From positions 204,675-268,674 of the forward strand of contig CAVRWT010000005.1 in the NCBI GenBank assembly GCA_963724825.1: a DNA stretch of 64,000 nucleotides, written 5' to 3'. Both the position numbers and the translations under genes were made by a program. Below, piece by piece: positions 1-11,524 of this stretch (positions within the stretch are counted from its first letter, which is position 1; each line of letters starts with the position of its first letter). Source of the stretch: an uncultured Acidobacteriota bacterium (lineage in GTDB: Bacteria; Actinomycetota; Acidimicrobiia; Spongiisociales; ZC4RG35). The notes under the pieces were generated by a model that saw only the letters and a list, made by a program, of their open reading frames with translations, did no database searches and had not been told where the DNA came from.

Positions 1-806
1 TAGATCTGGCGGCGGGGCAGGCCGGTGGCGCGGCCGACCTCACGGGATGCCTCCGACGGCGTCGATCCTCCTGAAACCAGCAATCGAGCCCGCTCGACTG
101 CCTCGCCAAAGCTGATGACCGGCGGCTCGGCCGGGGCGAGAACGATGGTGAACTCGCCTTTCGGAGCACGTTGTGACCATTCAACGAGCGCTTCGCTGAT
201 GGTGCCCGCCCACACTTCCTCGTGAAGCTTGGTGAGCTCTCTGGTCACGACAAGCCGACGGTCCCCACCTGAGGTGGAGGCGAGGTCAGCGAGATCCGCC
301 TCGAAGCGGTGAGGGGTCACGAACAGGACCACGGGTCGCTCCTCGGCCGCGATCCTCTGGAGACGCTGCGCCCTGGCTTTGCCCTTCCTCGGGAGAAAGC
401 CTTCGAACACGAAACCTTCGCCGCCGAACCCGGCGACGGCCACCGCACTGATCACTGCACTCGGCCCAGGTATCACCGTCACCGGGAGGCCGGCCTCCCT
501 AACCCTCGTCACGGCCGAGGCTCCAGGGTCCGAGATTCCGGGCATCCCGGCGTCGCTGACCAGGGCCACGACCTTCCCCTCGAGGACGGCGTCCAAGAGC
601 TCCTCGGTCCGCGCCTCCTCGTTGCCCAGGAACAACGATCGGATCGGCGTCGACGCCCCCACGTGCGCCAACAGGACGGAGGTTCTCCGCGTGTCCTCGG
701 CGTACACCACGTCGGCCTCGTTGAGTGCGGATCGCAGCCGGTCGGAGACGTCGCCCAGGTTCCCGATGGGTGTCGCACAGAGGACGAGACGGCCCCGATC
801 AGACAT
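1..806 (-). CDS. rsmI: 16S rRNA (cytidine1402-2'-O)-methyltransferase, runs off the window start
   Basis: Manual translation from ATG 806: MSDRGRLVLCATPIGNLGDVSDRLRSALNEADVVYAEDTRR...VSDAGMPGISDPG. Not in the ORF track because its stop lies outside the window. Confidence 0.93.
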   Translation of the reverse strand, partial: MSDRGRLVLCATPIGNLGDVSDRLRSALNEADVVYAEDTRRTSVLLAHVGASTPIRSLFLGNEEARTEELLDAVLEGKVVALVSDAGMPGISDPGASAVTRVREAGLPVTVIPGPSAVISAVAVAGFGGEGFVFEGFLPRKGKARAQRLQRIAAEERPVVLFVTPHRFEADLADLASTSGGDRRLVVTRELTKLHEEVWAGTISEALVEWSQRAPKGEFTIVLAPAEPPVISFGEAVERARLLVSGGSTPSEASREVGRATGLPRRQI

Positions 807-1116
807 CGACGATCACCACGCCGGCGCCTTCCGGCGGCACCTCGGCACCCTCGGGGAGCTCGAGGATGAAACGGGCGCCGCGCTCTCGCACCATGCGGTT
901 CGGGGCCAGGGTCTGCACCCTCACCACCCGTCGATCGGGCCCGATCATCACCAGGGCGATCGATCGGCCCATTCCGATCGTGTGGATGCTGGAGGTTTCG
1001 AAAAGGAGGCGGGCATCGGCGGGCTGTCCGCGAAGCCCGCGAAATCTCTCGATGAAGGTCACCGGCCGGGACGCCTCGGAGGCCCAACCGTCGGAAACCA
1101 GTCGAACCCTCCTCAT
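799..1116 (-). CDS. DUF192-like small protein
   Basis: ERFRGL..LLF..SIHTIGM...FILELP pattern typical of DUF192; overlaps the rsmI start. Confidence 0.7.
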   Translation of the reverse strand: MRRVRLVSDGWASEASRPVTFIERFRGLRGQPADARLLFETSSIHTIGMGRSIALVMIGPDRRVVRVQTLAPNRMVRERGARFILELPEGAEVPPEGAGVVIVDV

Positions 1117-1161
1117 CAGACCGACGCTAGATGATGCAGCTGCCGGCCGGGAAGCGTGGCG

Positions 1162-2480
1162 TCAGGCCGACATCGCCTCGAGGATCAGTTGGCCAACGGC
1201 CTCCTCATCGGCGGCAATGAACACCAGCTGGCCGTCGATGACCTGAACCGATGCGTAGTCCTGCTCGAACACCGCCGCCACGTAGTCGGACAACGCCTGG
1301 CGCAATTCCTCGGTGTCACGGTTGGTGTCTCCCTCGAAGACGAGGAGCAGCGCGGCGTTGGTGCCGTCGAACCATTGCAAGTAGTAGTCGCCACCCCACC
1401 CATCAGCAGCAGTGACCCCCACCCCTTGGCCGAGCACCTGGTCGAGCATGACCCGGAAACCCAGCTCGCCCCATACCGAGGTTCGCTCCAGGTTGTAGCC
1501 GGGAACCGAGACCGCCTCGGGAGTGACCTCCTTCGGCAGGTCACGTTCGAAGTCGCTGGGCGTGATCACCTGTTCGGTCGAGCCGGGCAGTGGCGGCATC
1601 GTCGTGTAGGCGTCGTTGACGTCACTCCAGTCTCCGTCGTTGTCGTAGAGCTCCTGCGTGAACGCCAATCCCGAGTCGTAAGGGAATATCAGCGAGTCCT
1701 GGAGAAACTGAGGTGCGGCGTCGAGAGCGGTGGTATCGACCCCGAGGGCATCGGCGAAGAACTCCCCGAGCTCGGCCTGGGACAGAGTCTGCAGGTAATG
1801 AAGTTCGGCCAGGCTGGCATCGCCCTCGATGAGAGCCTGATAGGCGGAAGCCTGGTCGAGGCGGTCCTCGTCGAACATTGCATCGAACACCGGGTGGAAC
1901 TCGAACTGCTGATCGGTCAGCGCATGGGTCAACTCGTGAACCAGCGTTGCCTGCTGTACGACGCTGAATCCCTCGGTTGTGATCGGCACGACGAGCTCGC
2001 GGGTGTCGCCGTCGTAGTAGCCGGCAACCTGCTCCCCGTAGACATCGGTGAGCAGGGTCTGAAAGTCCACATCCCCGCCGAGAAGCCCGAGCAACTTGTA
2101 GAGCGCGGCATCGGCGGGATAGTCGGCAGCGTCCTCTTCGAATTGGGCACGAACCCGCTCCTCGAGCTCCTCCTCGGACACGACGGTGATGGTTGGCATC
2201 TCGGTGAATTGGAGCCCGCGCACCTCCTCGGTGACCGCGACCAGGTTCACCAACTCGTCGCGCACCTCGGGGGTCAGGTTCTCGGTGCCAGGAAGCGGGC
2301 CATTGGGCGACTGGCAGCTGCGGTGGTCGAGGTGGCTCCCTGCGAAGTGGTCGTGGTGTCGGCGGGGGCGGTTGTCGTCACCGGCGCCGCCGAGGACGTG
2401 GTGCTGGCTCCTTCGGTGGTCCCGGTGCAGGCGGCAATGACCAGCGCGAGCGCGAGCAAGGAGCAGAGACGCCGGATCAT
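1162..2480 (-). CDS. Lipoprotein with HExxH zinc-metallopeptidase-like domain (frameshift ~2285)
   Basis: ORF 2274..2480 has lipobox LVIAAC and a Thr-rich linker; ORF 1162..2265 has HELTH and a downstream ALIEGDA. Confidence 0.75.
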
Positions 2481-2573
2481 GTCGTCAGATTATCGGAGCG
2501 CCGGTGCTTTGAATTGACCCCCGCGTAATGGACGTGCGTGAGGGGTCATATCCGGACCCTTGCGTCCCCAATT

Positions 2574-4559
2574 TCAGGCTCCGCCCACCGGTGCCGACTC
2601 TTTTCGGTCGGCGCGCCGGAACCAGCCCCAGAGCCCTAGGGAGACCAGTGTGAAGAAGGCGAGCAGGCCGTAGGTCGTTGCCACGGGCACCAACGCAGTG
2701 TTGACGAGATACCCCGACTGCGGGTTGACCAGGACGTGGAAGAAGGCCAGCACAGACACCCCCCAAATCGCCACCCATACCCACCGTCGCTGTTCGAATA
2801 GGACCCGGCCCGGCATGCCATGAATCGGCAGCAACCCGAAGACCAAGGCTTCGAAGGCCGACACTGTGGTCATGGCAAGGGCTGCCTGAACCAAACCGGA
2901 CATGGGCCCGGTGCCCGCCGACCTCGCGGCGCCGAGGCCGAACCAGGCGGTCAGCGCGATCGCCAGAATCACAACCGAGGTGGCGGTGACTTCCTTGGCG
3001 GCAACTTCGTCACCGACCTCCACGGCAAAGACCAAGCCGAGGGCGACCCCGTAGAGGTAGCCGGGGAGGAACCCAATGAGGCGAGACAGCAAGACGCAGC
3101 CCACGCCGACCATGAGGGCGACCGGTAGGACTCTCAATCCTCCCCGCTCCTTGGTACGGGCCCGACGCAGAACAAGGGTGGGCACCGCGAATCCAATAGT
3201 CGTGATGAGGACGCCGATGAGCAGCCCGCCGAAGATTGGGATCGATGCGCTGTTCAGGCCAAAGCCAGGATCGAGGAATCCATAGAGCAGCGCCATGGCG
3301 ATCAGGCCCAGGATCAATGCCCAGGGCTTCTGCCATAGACCCCCACCCTCCTTCTTCCGTCGGAACCAGGACCGGATCTGATCGTGATGGTCGACCAGCG
3401 TGTTGTTGAAGATCTCAGCGGGGAAGGGAACGAGGAACAGCAATCCCGCCGTCAGGGCAACTGAGGCTGCCACCACCACCGGGTCGAGGTTGATGGCATC
3501 GGGTGACGGAACCGAGCCCACCAGGCTGCCCACTTCGGCCGCTCCAGCGGACTGATATAGGTAACGGCCGTCTTCGACGAGGATGAGCAACTCGTCCTCG
3601 TTGGTGAGGGCGATCCGGGTAGGCGCCGAGAGTTGGGTTTCAAGCGGCGGGAAGCCGGTCCCCGGGTTGGTGCCGCCACCGAGGACAGTGGTGATCACTC
3701 CCTGGTCGATCACCCACACCTTTCCGACGAGGCGCGGGATCACATAGAGACGGTCGGCGCTGTCGACCGCGACCCCGAGCTCGGCCGACCCGTAGTCGAT
3801 GTCGGCGGCTGCATCACCGTCGACCGCCTCGGTGAACGGGATCGCCCCGCCCCCGAACACGGTCGAAACCACGCCGTCTGGGCCGATTCGCCTCACATCA
3901 CCGAACGCTTCGTCGGCGACGAAGATCGCTCCCGAAGAGTCGATGGCGAGGTCGGAAATGCTCCCAAAACGGGCATCGCTGGCCGGCCCACCATCACCGA
4001 CTCCCGGCTCGGTCGCCGTTTCATCCGATCCGGCGATGAGCGTGGTGGTCCCGTCCTCTTCGACCCGATCGAGACGGGGAAGACGCCCACCGGCCACGTA
4101 GAGAGCGCCGTCCGGTCCCACCGCCAGCTTGGGGCCATAGACCTGAGACCCCGCCTCTTCCGCAAGCACTTGGGCGATCGTCCCCTCCGAAGAGATGGAC
4201 ATCACCGCCTCCCCCGTTGTGAAGAAGACCGTCCCGTCTGCGGCTACCGCCACCCCGGCGAAGTCGTTCTCATCGGCGCTGAAGTCGCCCCGATAGGCGA
4301 CGGTGAGGATCCCATCGCGGATGCGGAGCAGCCGCGCGCTGTTGTAGTCGGCGATGTAGATGTCGCCGTTGGGGGCGACCGCCACATCCTCTGCGTTGTT
4401 GAGCGCGGCGTCAGCGGCCGGCCCGTCCTCACCAACCGTCCCGACTGCTGGAGGCGGAAGCCCGGCGATGTGGACGACCACGCCGCCGGAGGTGGCGGCC
4501 ACGATCAAGGCTGCGATTGCGAGGAGAGGAGAGCGAACGAAGAGTGGTTTTCTGCTCAC
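2574..4559 (-). CDS. NHL-repeat (beta-propeller) + FGLLP-motif multi-pass membrane protein
   Basis: C-terminal part of the 1075-aa ORF: signal-like segment after GTG 4559, GDGGPA/DVAVAPNGDIYIAD NHL repeats, many TM helices, VFGLLP motif. Confidence 0.75.
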   Translation of the reverse strand: MSRKPLFVRSPLLAIAALIVAATSGGVVVHIAGLPPPAVGTVGEDGPAADAALNNAEDVAVAPNGDIYIADYNSARLLRIRDGILTVAYRGDFSADENDFAGVAVAADGTVFFTTGEAVMSISSEGTIAQVLAEEAGSQVYGPKLAVGPDGALYVAGGRLPRLDRVEEDGTTTLIAGSDETATEPGVGDGGPASDARFGSISDLAIDSSGAIFVADEAFGDVRRIGPDGVVSTVFGGGAIPFTEAVDGDAAADIDYGSAELGVAVDSADRLYVIPRLVGKVWVIDQGVITTVLGGGTNPGTGFPPLETQLSAPTRIALTNEDELLILVEDGRYLYQSAGAAEVGSLVGSVPSPDAINLDPVVVAASVALTAGLLFLVPFPAEIFNNTLVDHHDQIRSWFRRKKEGGGLWQKPWALILGLIAMALLYGFLDPGFGLNSASIPIFGGLLIGVLITTIGFAVPTLVLRRARTKERGGLRVLPVALMVGVGCVLLSRLIGFLPGYLYGVALGLVFAVEVGDEVAAKEVTATSVVILAIALTAWFGLGAARSAGTGPMSGLVQAALAMTTVSAFEALVFGLLPIHGMPGRVLFEQRRWVWVAIWGVSVLAFFHVLVNPQSGYLVNTALVPVATTYGLLAFFTLVSLGLWGWFRRADRKESAPVGGA

Positions 4560-4606
4560 GGCCTGATCGCGGGCGATGCTATCGGCCGGGGTCGCTTCGG
4601 CGAGGC

Positions 4607-5801
4607 CTAAGCCCGGTGGGCGGCGTGAAGCAAGCGTGGCCCCGCTCACACCCTTGAGATCGACCGGGCCGATCTCCGTGAAAGATGCCTCGGCTTCCGG
4701 TGAAGCGTCCACCACAGCCTGGCTGACCAGGACCTCACCTGGTCGGGCGTACTCGGCGATCCGGGAAGCGAGATTCACGGTTTGCCCGTAATAGTCGCCC
4801 TCCTGGAACACCACCGGCCCGGCGTGCAAGCCGACATGGGCCGGTGGCAGCCCCGCAGCCACCACACCATCCACCATCTCCAGCGCCGCCACCACGCCAG
4901 GGCCCGGATCGTGGAACCAGAACATCACCCCATCACCCAGCCACTTCACCGGCCGACCCCCGTAGTGGATGGAGGTCCGCTGCACCAACCTGCCGAGTTT
5001 CTCTGCGAGATCAGCTGCGGCGGCGTCCCCGTGTTCCTGGGTCAGGCGGGTGTAACCGGTGATGTCGAGAAAGCACATTGCTGGTGGCCGATCCAGCCGG
5101 CTGTGAACGCCTGCCTGGATCAATGACTGCTCGAATCCTTCGAGGATGTTTCGGGTCCAAGCGTGGGCTTGCTGGGCGTGGTAGATCCCCAAGAGCGCCT
5201 GCTGCGACAACTCGCTGATGCGATCTGTGAATTCGACATCCACCACTACTTTGGCGTTGGGGCCGGTCTGCATGAGGGGGGTGACTTCGGAGTACCACCA
5301 GTCGCCCTCGCTGGCCGCAATCCGGCGCAAACTGTCACCGGTGGCCCGCAATAGCCGCTCGATAGCAACGGGCCTGAGACCGTGCTTCACCTGGAATTCG
5401 AGGAAGGGGACCACGGCGAGCTCGCTGTCCCGCACCCGATCTTGCGGTGCGGCCTGGGCCGAGCCTGAAGCCTCACGGACCACCAGGAGTAGATCGATCG
5501 GTACCCCGGTCTGTTCGCTCAGCTCCTGGAAGGTGATCGGGGCAAGCGCTGAGAAGCGCTCGTAGGCCTCAGAATCCATGAAGTCGAGTGACAGGTCGCC
5601 GCTGGTCATGGCCGCACCGAGGCCATCGAGCGGGACCCCGGCATCTTCGAGGGCCTGGACCATCCCTACCCGTCGGACGTCACCCGAGGAGAACCGGTCG
5701 TATTCGGTTGGCTTGAGGATCCCCAACTCCACCAGGCGGTCGAGGACCTCGATGCCGACTCCCGCTCGTTCGGCCGCCTCCTGGCGGGTGTAGGTGGTCA
5801 C
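4607..5801 (-). CDS. Class III adenylate cyclase with N-terminal HTH-like regulatory region
   Basis: FLDITGYT, VKWLGDGVM and GDYYGQTVNLASRI catalytic motifs. An alternative-frame ending LHAAHRA* (stop 4607-4609) suggests the fusion to the next gene is an indel artefact. Confidence 0.85.
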
Positions 5802-6289
5802 CCGCCGACCTTACCGAAGGCCGTATCGAGGACGAGTGTCATGCACACGCTGAATTCGCTCTTCCGATAGTCGGCAAAGGGCTCGCAGATCTCGAAGCCA
5901 AGCGACTGGTAAAGCGTTCGCGCCGGTGCGAATGCCTCCATGGAGCCGGTCTCGAGGCTCACCCGATCGCACCCACGAGAGCGAGCGACCGAAATGAGAT
6001 GCCCGACCATGGCCCGGCCGACACCCCGGCCCCTGGCGGCTTCCGCGGTGTGCATCGACTTGATCTCGGCGTGACGCTCCCCCAGCTGCTTCAAGGCGCC
6101 CACTCCAAGCAGCCGGCCGTTTTCACGGATGCTGAAGAATGAGACTTCCGGGGCAAGCAGCCGGTCCAAATCGAGCGCATGGACGTGCTCCGGCGGGCTG
6201 TGTTGATCGGCGTAGGCGAGATGCACAGCGAGAAGAGCTTGAACATCCTCGGCGCGGGGATCATCGACTTCGACAACGAACGCTTCCAC
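5798..6289 (-). CDS. GNAT family N-acetyltransferase
   Basis: EIKSMHT..AARGRGVG acetyl-CoA motif, VSLETG. Confidence 0.9.
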   Translation of the reverse strand: MEAFVVEVDDPRAEDVQALLAVHLAYADQHSPPEHVHALDLDRLLAPEVSFFSIRENGRLLGVGALKQLGERHAEIKSMHTAEAARGRGVGRAMVGHLISVARSRGCDRVSLETGSMEAFAPARTLYQSLGFEICEPFADYRKSEFSVCMTLVLDTAFGKVGG

Positions 6290-6334
6290 GTCGAAATCGT
6301 AGAGAGAGCAAACGAACGTCGAAGCGACCGCGAC

Positions 6335-7359
6335 CTAGCTTCGGCGATCCGAGCGGGCGACGATCGCACGCTGGACCACGATGAACACCAGGAGCAGCAC
6401 TCCGATGATGATCTGAGTCCACGACTGCTCGGCACCCATGATACGAGATGATGGTCTTGATGGTGCCGTAGACGAACACTCCGATCATCGAGCCCAGGAC
6501 ATAGCCGCGGCCGCCTGTCAACACGGTTCCCACCGATGACGACGGCGGCGATCACGTCCAGCTCGGTGCCGATCCCATTGCGGGGATAGCCGGCGCCTGA
6601 ATACGCGGTCAGGACCAGTCCGGCCAGGCCGCCGCACACGCCCGATATCACGTAGACGGACACGGTGGCTCGTGCCACCTTGAGACCCATCAATGACGCC
6701 TGACGATTGCCGCCGATCGCGTAGGTCGTCCGCCCGAAGCGGGTGTACTGCATCACATACGCTCCGACCAATACCACCAATAGCGCCAGGATGCCGGTCG
6801 GCGTGATGTACCAATCGCCGAGCCGCATTCGCGTCGATTGCAGTCACAACACCGCCTCCGTCTCGACCTTTGATCGACGAAAGACTCACCACGAAAGCGA
6901 GACCGCGGGCCAGGAACAGGCCGGCCAACGATGCGATGAAGGGCTGTACCTCGAAGTACTGCACCAGTATTCCGATGAGCAGGCCGACCAATGCGCCGCC
7001 CACCATGATCGCCGGCATGGCGATCGCCAGCGGCGTGCCCGCCTCGAGCAGCTTCGCCAACCAGATGCCGGTGAACGCCATCACCGAGCCCACGGATAGG
7101 TCGATGCCCCCGGTGACAATGACGAATGTCATGCCGACGGCAAGGATCAGCAGGTACGCGTTGTCCAGAAGGAGCGCCGAGATGTTTCTCGGCGTGATGA
7201 AGTCCCCCCGGAGGAAGATCTCGGCGCCGACGAAGAGCAGGATCAGGATGGCGACTGCCGCAAGCGTCGGCAGAGGAGCGAACGCGGCGGCTCATGAAAG
7301 TCTCGGTAGCGCCCGCTCAGGGTCGGTTGGGTCGCAACGGTGCTGTCGAGGCTGGTCAT
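6335..7359 (-). CDS. yjfF: Sugar ABC transporter permease, YjfF-like (several frameshifts)
   Basis: Fragments in ORFs 6518..7132, 6091..6828 and 6261..6533: TGGIDLSVGSV, TRFGRTTYAIGGN, ELDVIAAVVIGG. Confidence 0.8.
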
Positions 7360-8406
7360 ACCGAGCACCTCGGCGTCATCGGGCGAATCCTCGGTGGCCC
7401 CGCGCGAGCGCATCGACTGGGTGAGTCTCCGCACGAAACGATGCAAGCGTCGGCGACTGGATGACCACCACGAGCGACGACGACGATCGCGAAGAACACC
7501 GGGCTCTGCGCCGACGGTACCCCTAGGAAAAGGATCGAGGACTCGAGGGTTTGGAGGATCAAGCACGCCGACCACGGTGCCCGCGAGGCTGAACTTGCCA
7601 CCCATGAGCGAGGTGCCGCCCAGCACGACGGCGAGGATCGCATAGAGCTCGATGAACTGTCCCGCGGCGTTGGCGTCGGCCGCCTTGATATTCGAGGCAT
7701 AGATGAGGCCGGCGACGCCGGCGAGCAACGGCGCTGGCGGCATAGGCGCTCCAGATGATGCCCCGCGAGCGAACACCGGCAAGACGGCTCGCCTCGGGGT
7801 TGATGCCGACGGACTCGGTGAGCACGCCGAGCGCGGTCCGTCGCTCGATCAACCCCACGACCGCGACTGCCGCGACCCAGATGAAGAAGGCGAACGGGAG
7901 CAGCACCAGGTATCCGGTGGAGATGTACTCGAACGGCGTGCTGTTCACGGTGGTGATGAATCCCTCAGTGATGAGCAGGGCCATACCGCGGCCGGCGAGC
8001 ATGAGCACCAGGGTGGCGATGATCGGTTGTATGCCGAGCAAGGAGACGAGAAATCCGTTCCACAGGCCGAGCAGGAGCGACACCAGGAGTCGCGGCGACT
8101 ACGGCGACCATGACGGTGCCGCGTCGTTGGGATCGGCGGAGCCGTCGATGATGGTGAGCGCCACCGCTCCCGACACGGCCATGACTGCTCCGACCGACAG
8201 GTCGATGCCCCGAGTGGCGATGACGATCGTCATGCCCAGCGAGACCAGCATCAGCGGGGCGCTTTGACGCAGGATGTCGATCAAGGCGCCGTAGAGACGG
8301 CCATCCTGAACGGTGATGCTCGGCGAACTGCGGGCGGGCAATGGTGTTGATCAGGATCAGCGACGACCAACGTGACAATCGGCCAGAACAGCCGATGCTT
8401 GATCAC
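7356..8406 (-). CDS. ytfT: Sugar ABC transporter permease, YtfT-like (several frameshifts)
   Basis: Fragments: DGRLYGALIDIL, ATRGIDLSVGAV, IQPIIATLVLMLAGRG, ADANAAG..ELYAILAVVLGG. Confidence 0.8.
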
Positions 8407-8412
8407 AGCGCC

Positions 8413-9954
8413 TCAAGCTGCGCTCCCCTTGCCCTCGTTGGCAATGAAGTCGATCAGGCCGTCCAGGTCGACTTCCGTCGAGTCGAGCTCACCAATTCGC
8501 TTGCGATCTCTCATGACGACGATCCGCTGGGCGAGTCGCAGCACCTCTTCGAGCTCCGACGAGATGAAGATCACGGACAGACCCTGCTCTGACAACTCGG
8601 CCACCTTGCGTTGAAGGTCGGCCTTGGTTCCGACGTCGATACCTCGAGTCGGCTCGTCCAGGATCAGGAGCTCGGGTGCGGTGGCGAGCCAGCGTGCGAT
8701 GAGCACCTTCTGCTGATTGCCGCCCGACAGCAGTTCCCGGCGACCATGTCGGGGTTCGCCGGTCGAACGTCGAGCGCAGCCATGTACTCGGCCACGACCG
8801 ACTCCTGCTTCTCCCGACGGATCTTCCGGAAGCCCTTGCGCGCCTGAATGCCGAGCAGGATGTTCTCTGCCACTGTGAGGTCGGACACGATGCCCTCCGC
8901 ACGCCGATCCTCAGACGAGAAGGCGATGTGATGATTTATGGCATGGCGAGGGGAGGACATCTTCGCCGCCGAGCCCTCTACTTCGATCTGGCCGGAGTCC
9001 GCCCGATCGGCACCGTAGAGCAGCCGTACCAGCTCGGTGCGCCCGGAGCCCAGCAGACCGGCGATCCCGACGATCTCGCCCTCGAATACGTCGAGATCGG
9101 CTGGCTCGAGCACACCACGCCTTCCTAGATCGGTGGCTTTGATGACCGGTGTCATAGGCCGATCGATTTCTCGAGCCACGGTCGAGGCGATGGCCTCGAA
9201 CTCTCCGAGCCGATGACCGATCATCTTGGTCACCAGCTCCTCACGGGGCAGATCCTTGGCGAGGTACTCGCCAACGAGTTTCCCGTTGCGCAGGACGGTG
9301 ATCCGGTCTGAGATCTCGTAGACCTGGTCGAGGAAGTGACTGACAAAGAGGATGGCTGCACCCTTGCTTCCGCAGATCCCGGATCACGGCGAAGAGCTGT
9401 TCGACTTCGCCGCGATCCAGGCTGGACGTCGGCTCGTCGAGGATGAAGACTTTGGCATCGAACACCATGGCGCGGCTGATCGCGACCAGCTGTTGAATGG
9501 CGATCGAGTGGTTGGAGAGCATCGATCGGGTGTCGATGATGATCCCAAGGCCTTCGAGGTGCTCGGACGCCATGCGGTGCACGGCCTTCCAGTCGATCCG
9601 GCCGCCCTTTCGCGGCTCGTGGCCGAGCATCACGTTCTCGCCAACGGACAGGTTGGTGCACAGGTTGATCTCCTGGTACACGGTCGAGATGCCGGCGGCT
9701 TCGGCGTCGAAAGTGCTGCGGAAGACTCGGCTGCTGCCGATGACGTCGATCGACCCGGCGTCCACCGCGTAGACCCCGGTCAAGGCCTTGATGAGGGTGG
9801 ACTTCCCGGCGCCGTTCTCGCCCATCAGCGAGTGCACCTCACCGGGGCGAAGGAAGAAGTCGACGTTGTCGAGAGCAAGCACGCCCGGAAAACTGATTGT
9901 GATTCCCCGCATCTCGACGATGAGGGGGTCAGGGGCGCCAGCGGGCAAGGTCAC
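8413..9954 (-). CDS. ytfR: Sugar ABC transporter ATP-binding protein, two ABC domains, YtfR-like (frameshifts ~9350 and ~8730)
   Basis: GENGAGKST, ILDEPTSSL, GLLGSGRTE and LILDEPTRGIDVG spread over three ORFs. Confidence 0.88.
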
Positions 9955-10195
9955 ACCTTTGCTCTCGATCTATGAAGGAGTGTCCGACCGAGGCACCGGC
10001 GACGAACCGGGGCAACGGTCGGACACTCAAGCTATCCACTTGGAAGCGGATCGTGATTCCGCGCATCTCGACGATGGGAGAGTCAGGGCCAGCGGGCAAG
10101 GTCACACCTTTGCTCTCGATCTATGAAGGAGTGTCCGACCGGGGCCTCGGCGACGAACCGGGGCCAACGGCCGGACACTCAAGCTATCTACTTGG
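9895..10195. repeat. Diverged tandem direct duplication (~150 bp x2)
   Basis: Copy 1 ~9895-10043 and copy 2 ~10049-10195 share CAGCGGGCAAGGTCACACCTTTGCTCTCGATCTATGAAGGAGTGTCCGACCG...CGGACACTCAAGCTATC; each holds a GAGTGTCCG...CGGACACTC hairpin. Confidence 0.92.
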
Positions 10196-10224
10196 GCTAA
10201 CCCTTGCGGGTTAGTTCAAGCGAT

Positions 10225-11231
10225 TTAGTACAGACGATCGGGGAGGGCCTCTGCCGCCTGCTCCTGGGTGAAGGTCTGGTCGGTGACGTAGATCTTCTTT
10301 TCGGGGTTGTTCCCAGCGAGCACGTCATTGACGAGACCTGCCGCCAGCTCACCGAGGAGTGGGTTGCACTCGACGATGAAGTTGATCTTGCCGTCGATCA
10401 GCGCCTGCATGCCGTCGTGGACCGCGTCGATCGAGACGATCTTGATGTCCTCGCCGGGGACGCCGCCCGCGGCCTCGATGGCCTCGATGGCGCCCAGTGC
10501 CATGTCGTCGTTGTGGGCATAGACCAGATCGATGCCGTCGACACCGTACTTCTGGAGGAAGCCCTCCATGACGGTCTTGCCGCCGTCACGAGTGAAGTCA
10601 CCGGTCTGCGAGTCGATCTTCTCGATGGCGGTGCCGGCGGTGGCTTCGTCGAAGCCCTCGGCACGGTCATTGGCCGGTGCGGAACCGGTCGTGCCCTCGA
10701 GGACCACCATCTTGGTCGGGGTGTCGCCGAACTCGGTGGCGGCCCACTCACCAGCCATCACGCCCTCGTTGCGGAAGTCGAGACCCACCCAGGTGGCGTA
10801 CAAGTCCTCGGGAGCGGTGACGGTGCGGTCCTCCAGGATGACCGGAATCCCGGCGTCCTTGGCTTCCTGCAGCACGTCTTCCCAGCCGTCCTCGACGATC
10901 GGTGCGATCACGATCGCATCAACACCCTGAGTGATGAAGCTGCGGACCGCCGAATCTGCGCCGCCGGGACGTTGTCCGCTGCGTTGAAGATCAGCTCGAA
11001 GCCGTTCTCTTCCGAGAAGGCCGCCTTCATCGACTCGGTGTTGGCAGAGCGCCAGCCCGACTCGGAGCCGGTCTGGGCGAAGCCAACCGTCTTGAGCTCG
11101 CCTCCCGATGCTCCTTCCGCTGTGGTGGCGGTGCTGCCGTCCGTGCTGTCACCGCCGCAAGCGGCAATTGCCAATCCGAGCACGACCAGCAGAACCAGGA
11201 ATCGCGACTTCCGGTTACTCAGTGATTTCAT
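10225..11231 (-). CDS. ytfQ: Sugar (furanose) ABC transporter substrate-binding lipoprotein, YtfQ-like (frameshift ~10950)
   Basis: Lipobox LAIAAC, GFAQTGSESGWRSANT, SQTGDFTR, HNDDMALGA, VECNPLLG. Confidence 0.88.
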
Positions 11232-11424
11232 AACTCCTCCTCACTGTTTGGGGCTATTTCTCTTTCGTCGACGTGATGCTCGGGGTTTCCTCGCACCCGT
11301 CGGATATCTGTCTCCATCCGGTGCCGTGATCGTTCACGGCCTTGCTCCTCAGGTGTTCTGATCGTTGGGGTTCTCCTTCTCTGCTCATCCAGGCGGGGGT
11401 GTCTTTGTGGTGATCTTGGCCGAT

Positions 11425-11450
11425 TGTTATCGTTAACGGGAACGCTAACA
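11425..11450. promoter_or_regulatory. Putative LacI-family operator upstream of the ABC operon
   Basis: TGTTATCGTTAACGGGAACGCTAACA; its reverse complement matches 15432-15457 at 24/26 positions. Confidence 0.75.
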
Positions 11451-11524
11451 TCATGGAACTTTTCTGTCTACTCACTTTGGTTGTGTCTGTTTCGCGGGGC
11501 AGCCCTACTGCCTAAGCCACCATC

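Noticed and set aside
9895-10195. CRISPR array
   Set aside because: Two long diverged copies only, no repeat-spacer periodicity and no cas genes in the window.
6335-11231. Pseudogenised sugar ABC operon
   Set aside because: Similar indels occur in housekeeping genes and the operators are intact, so sequencing error is more parsimonious.
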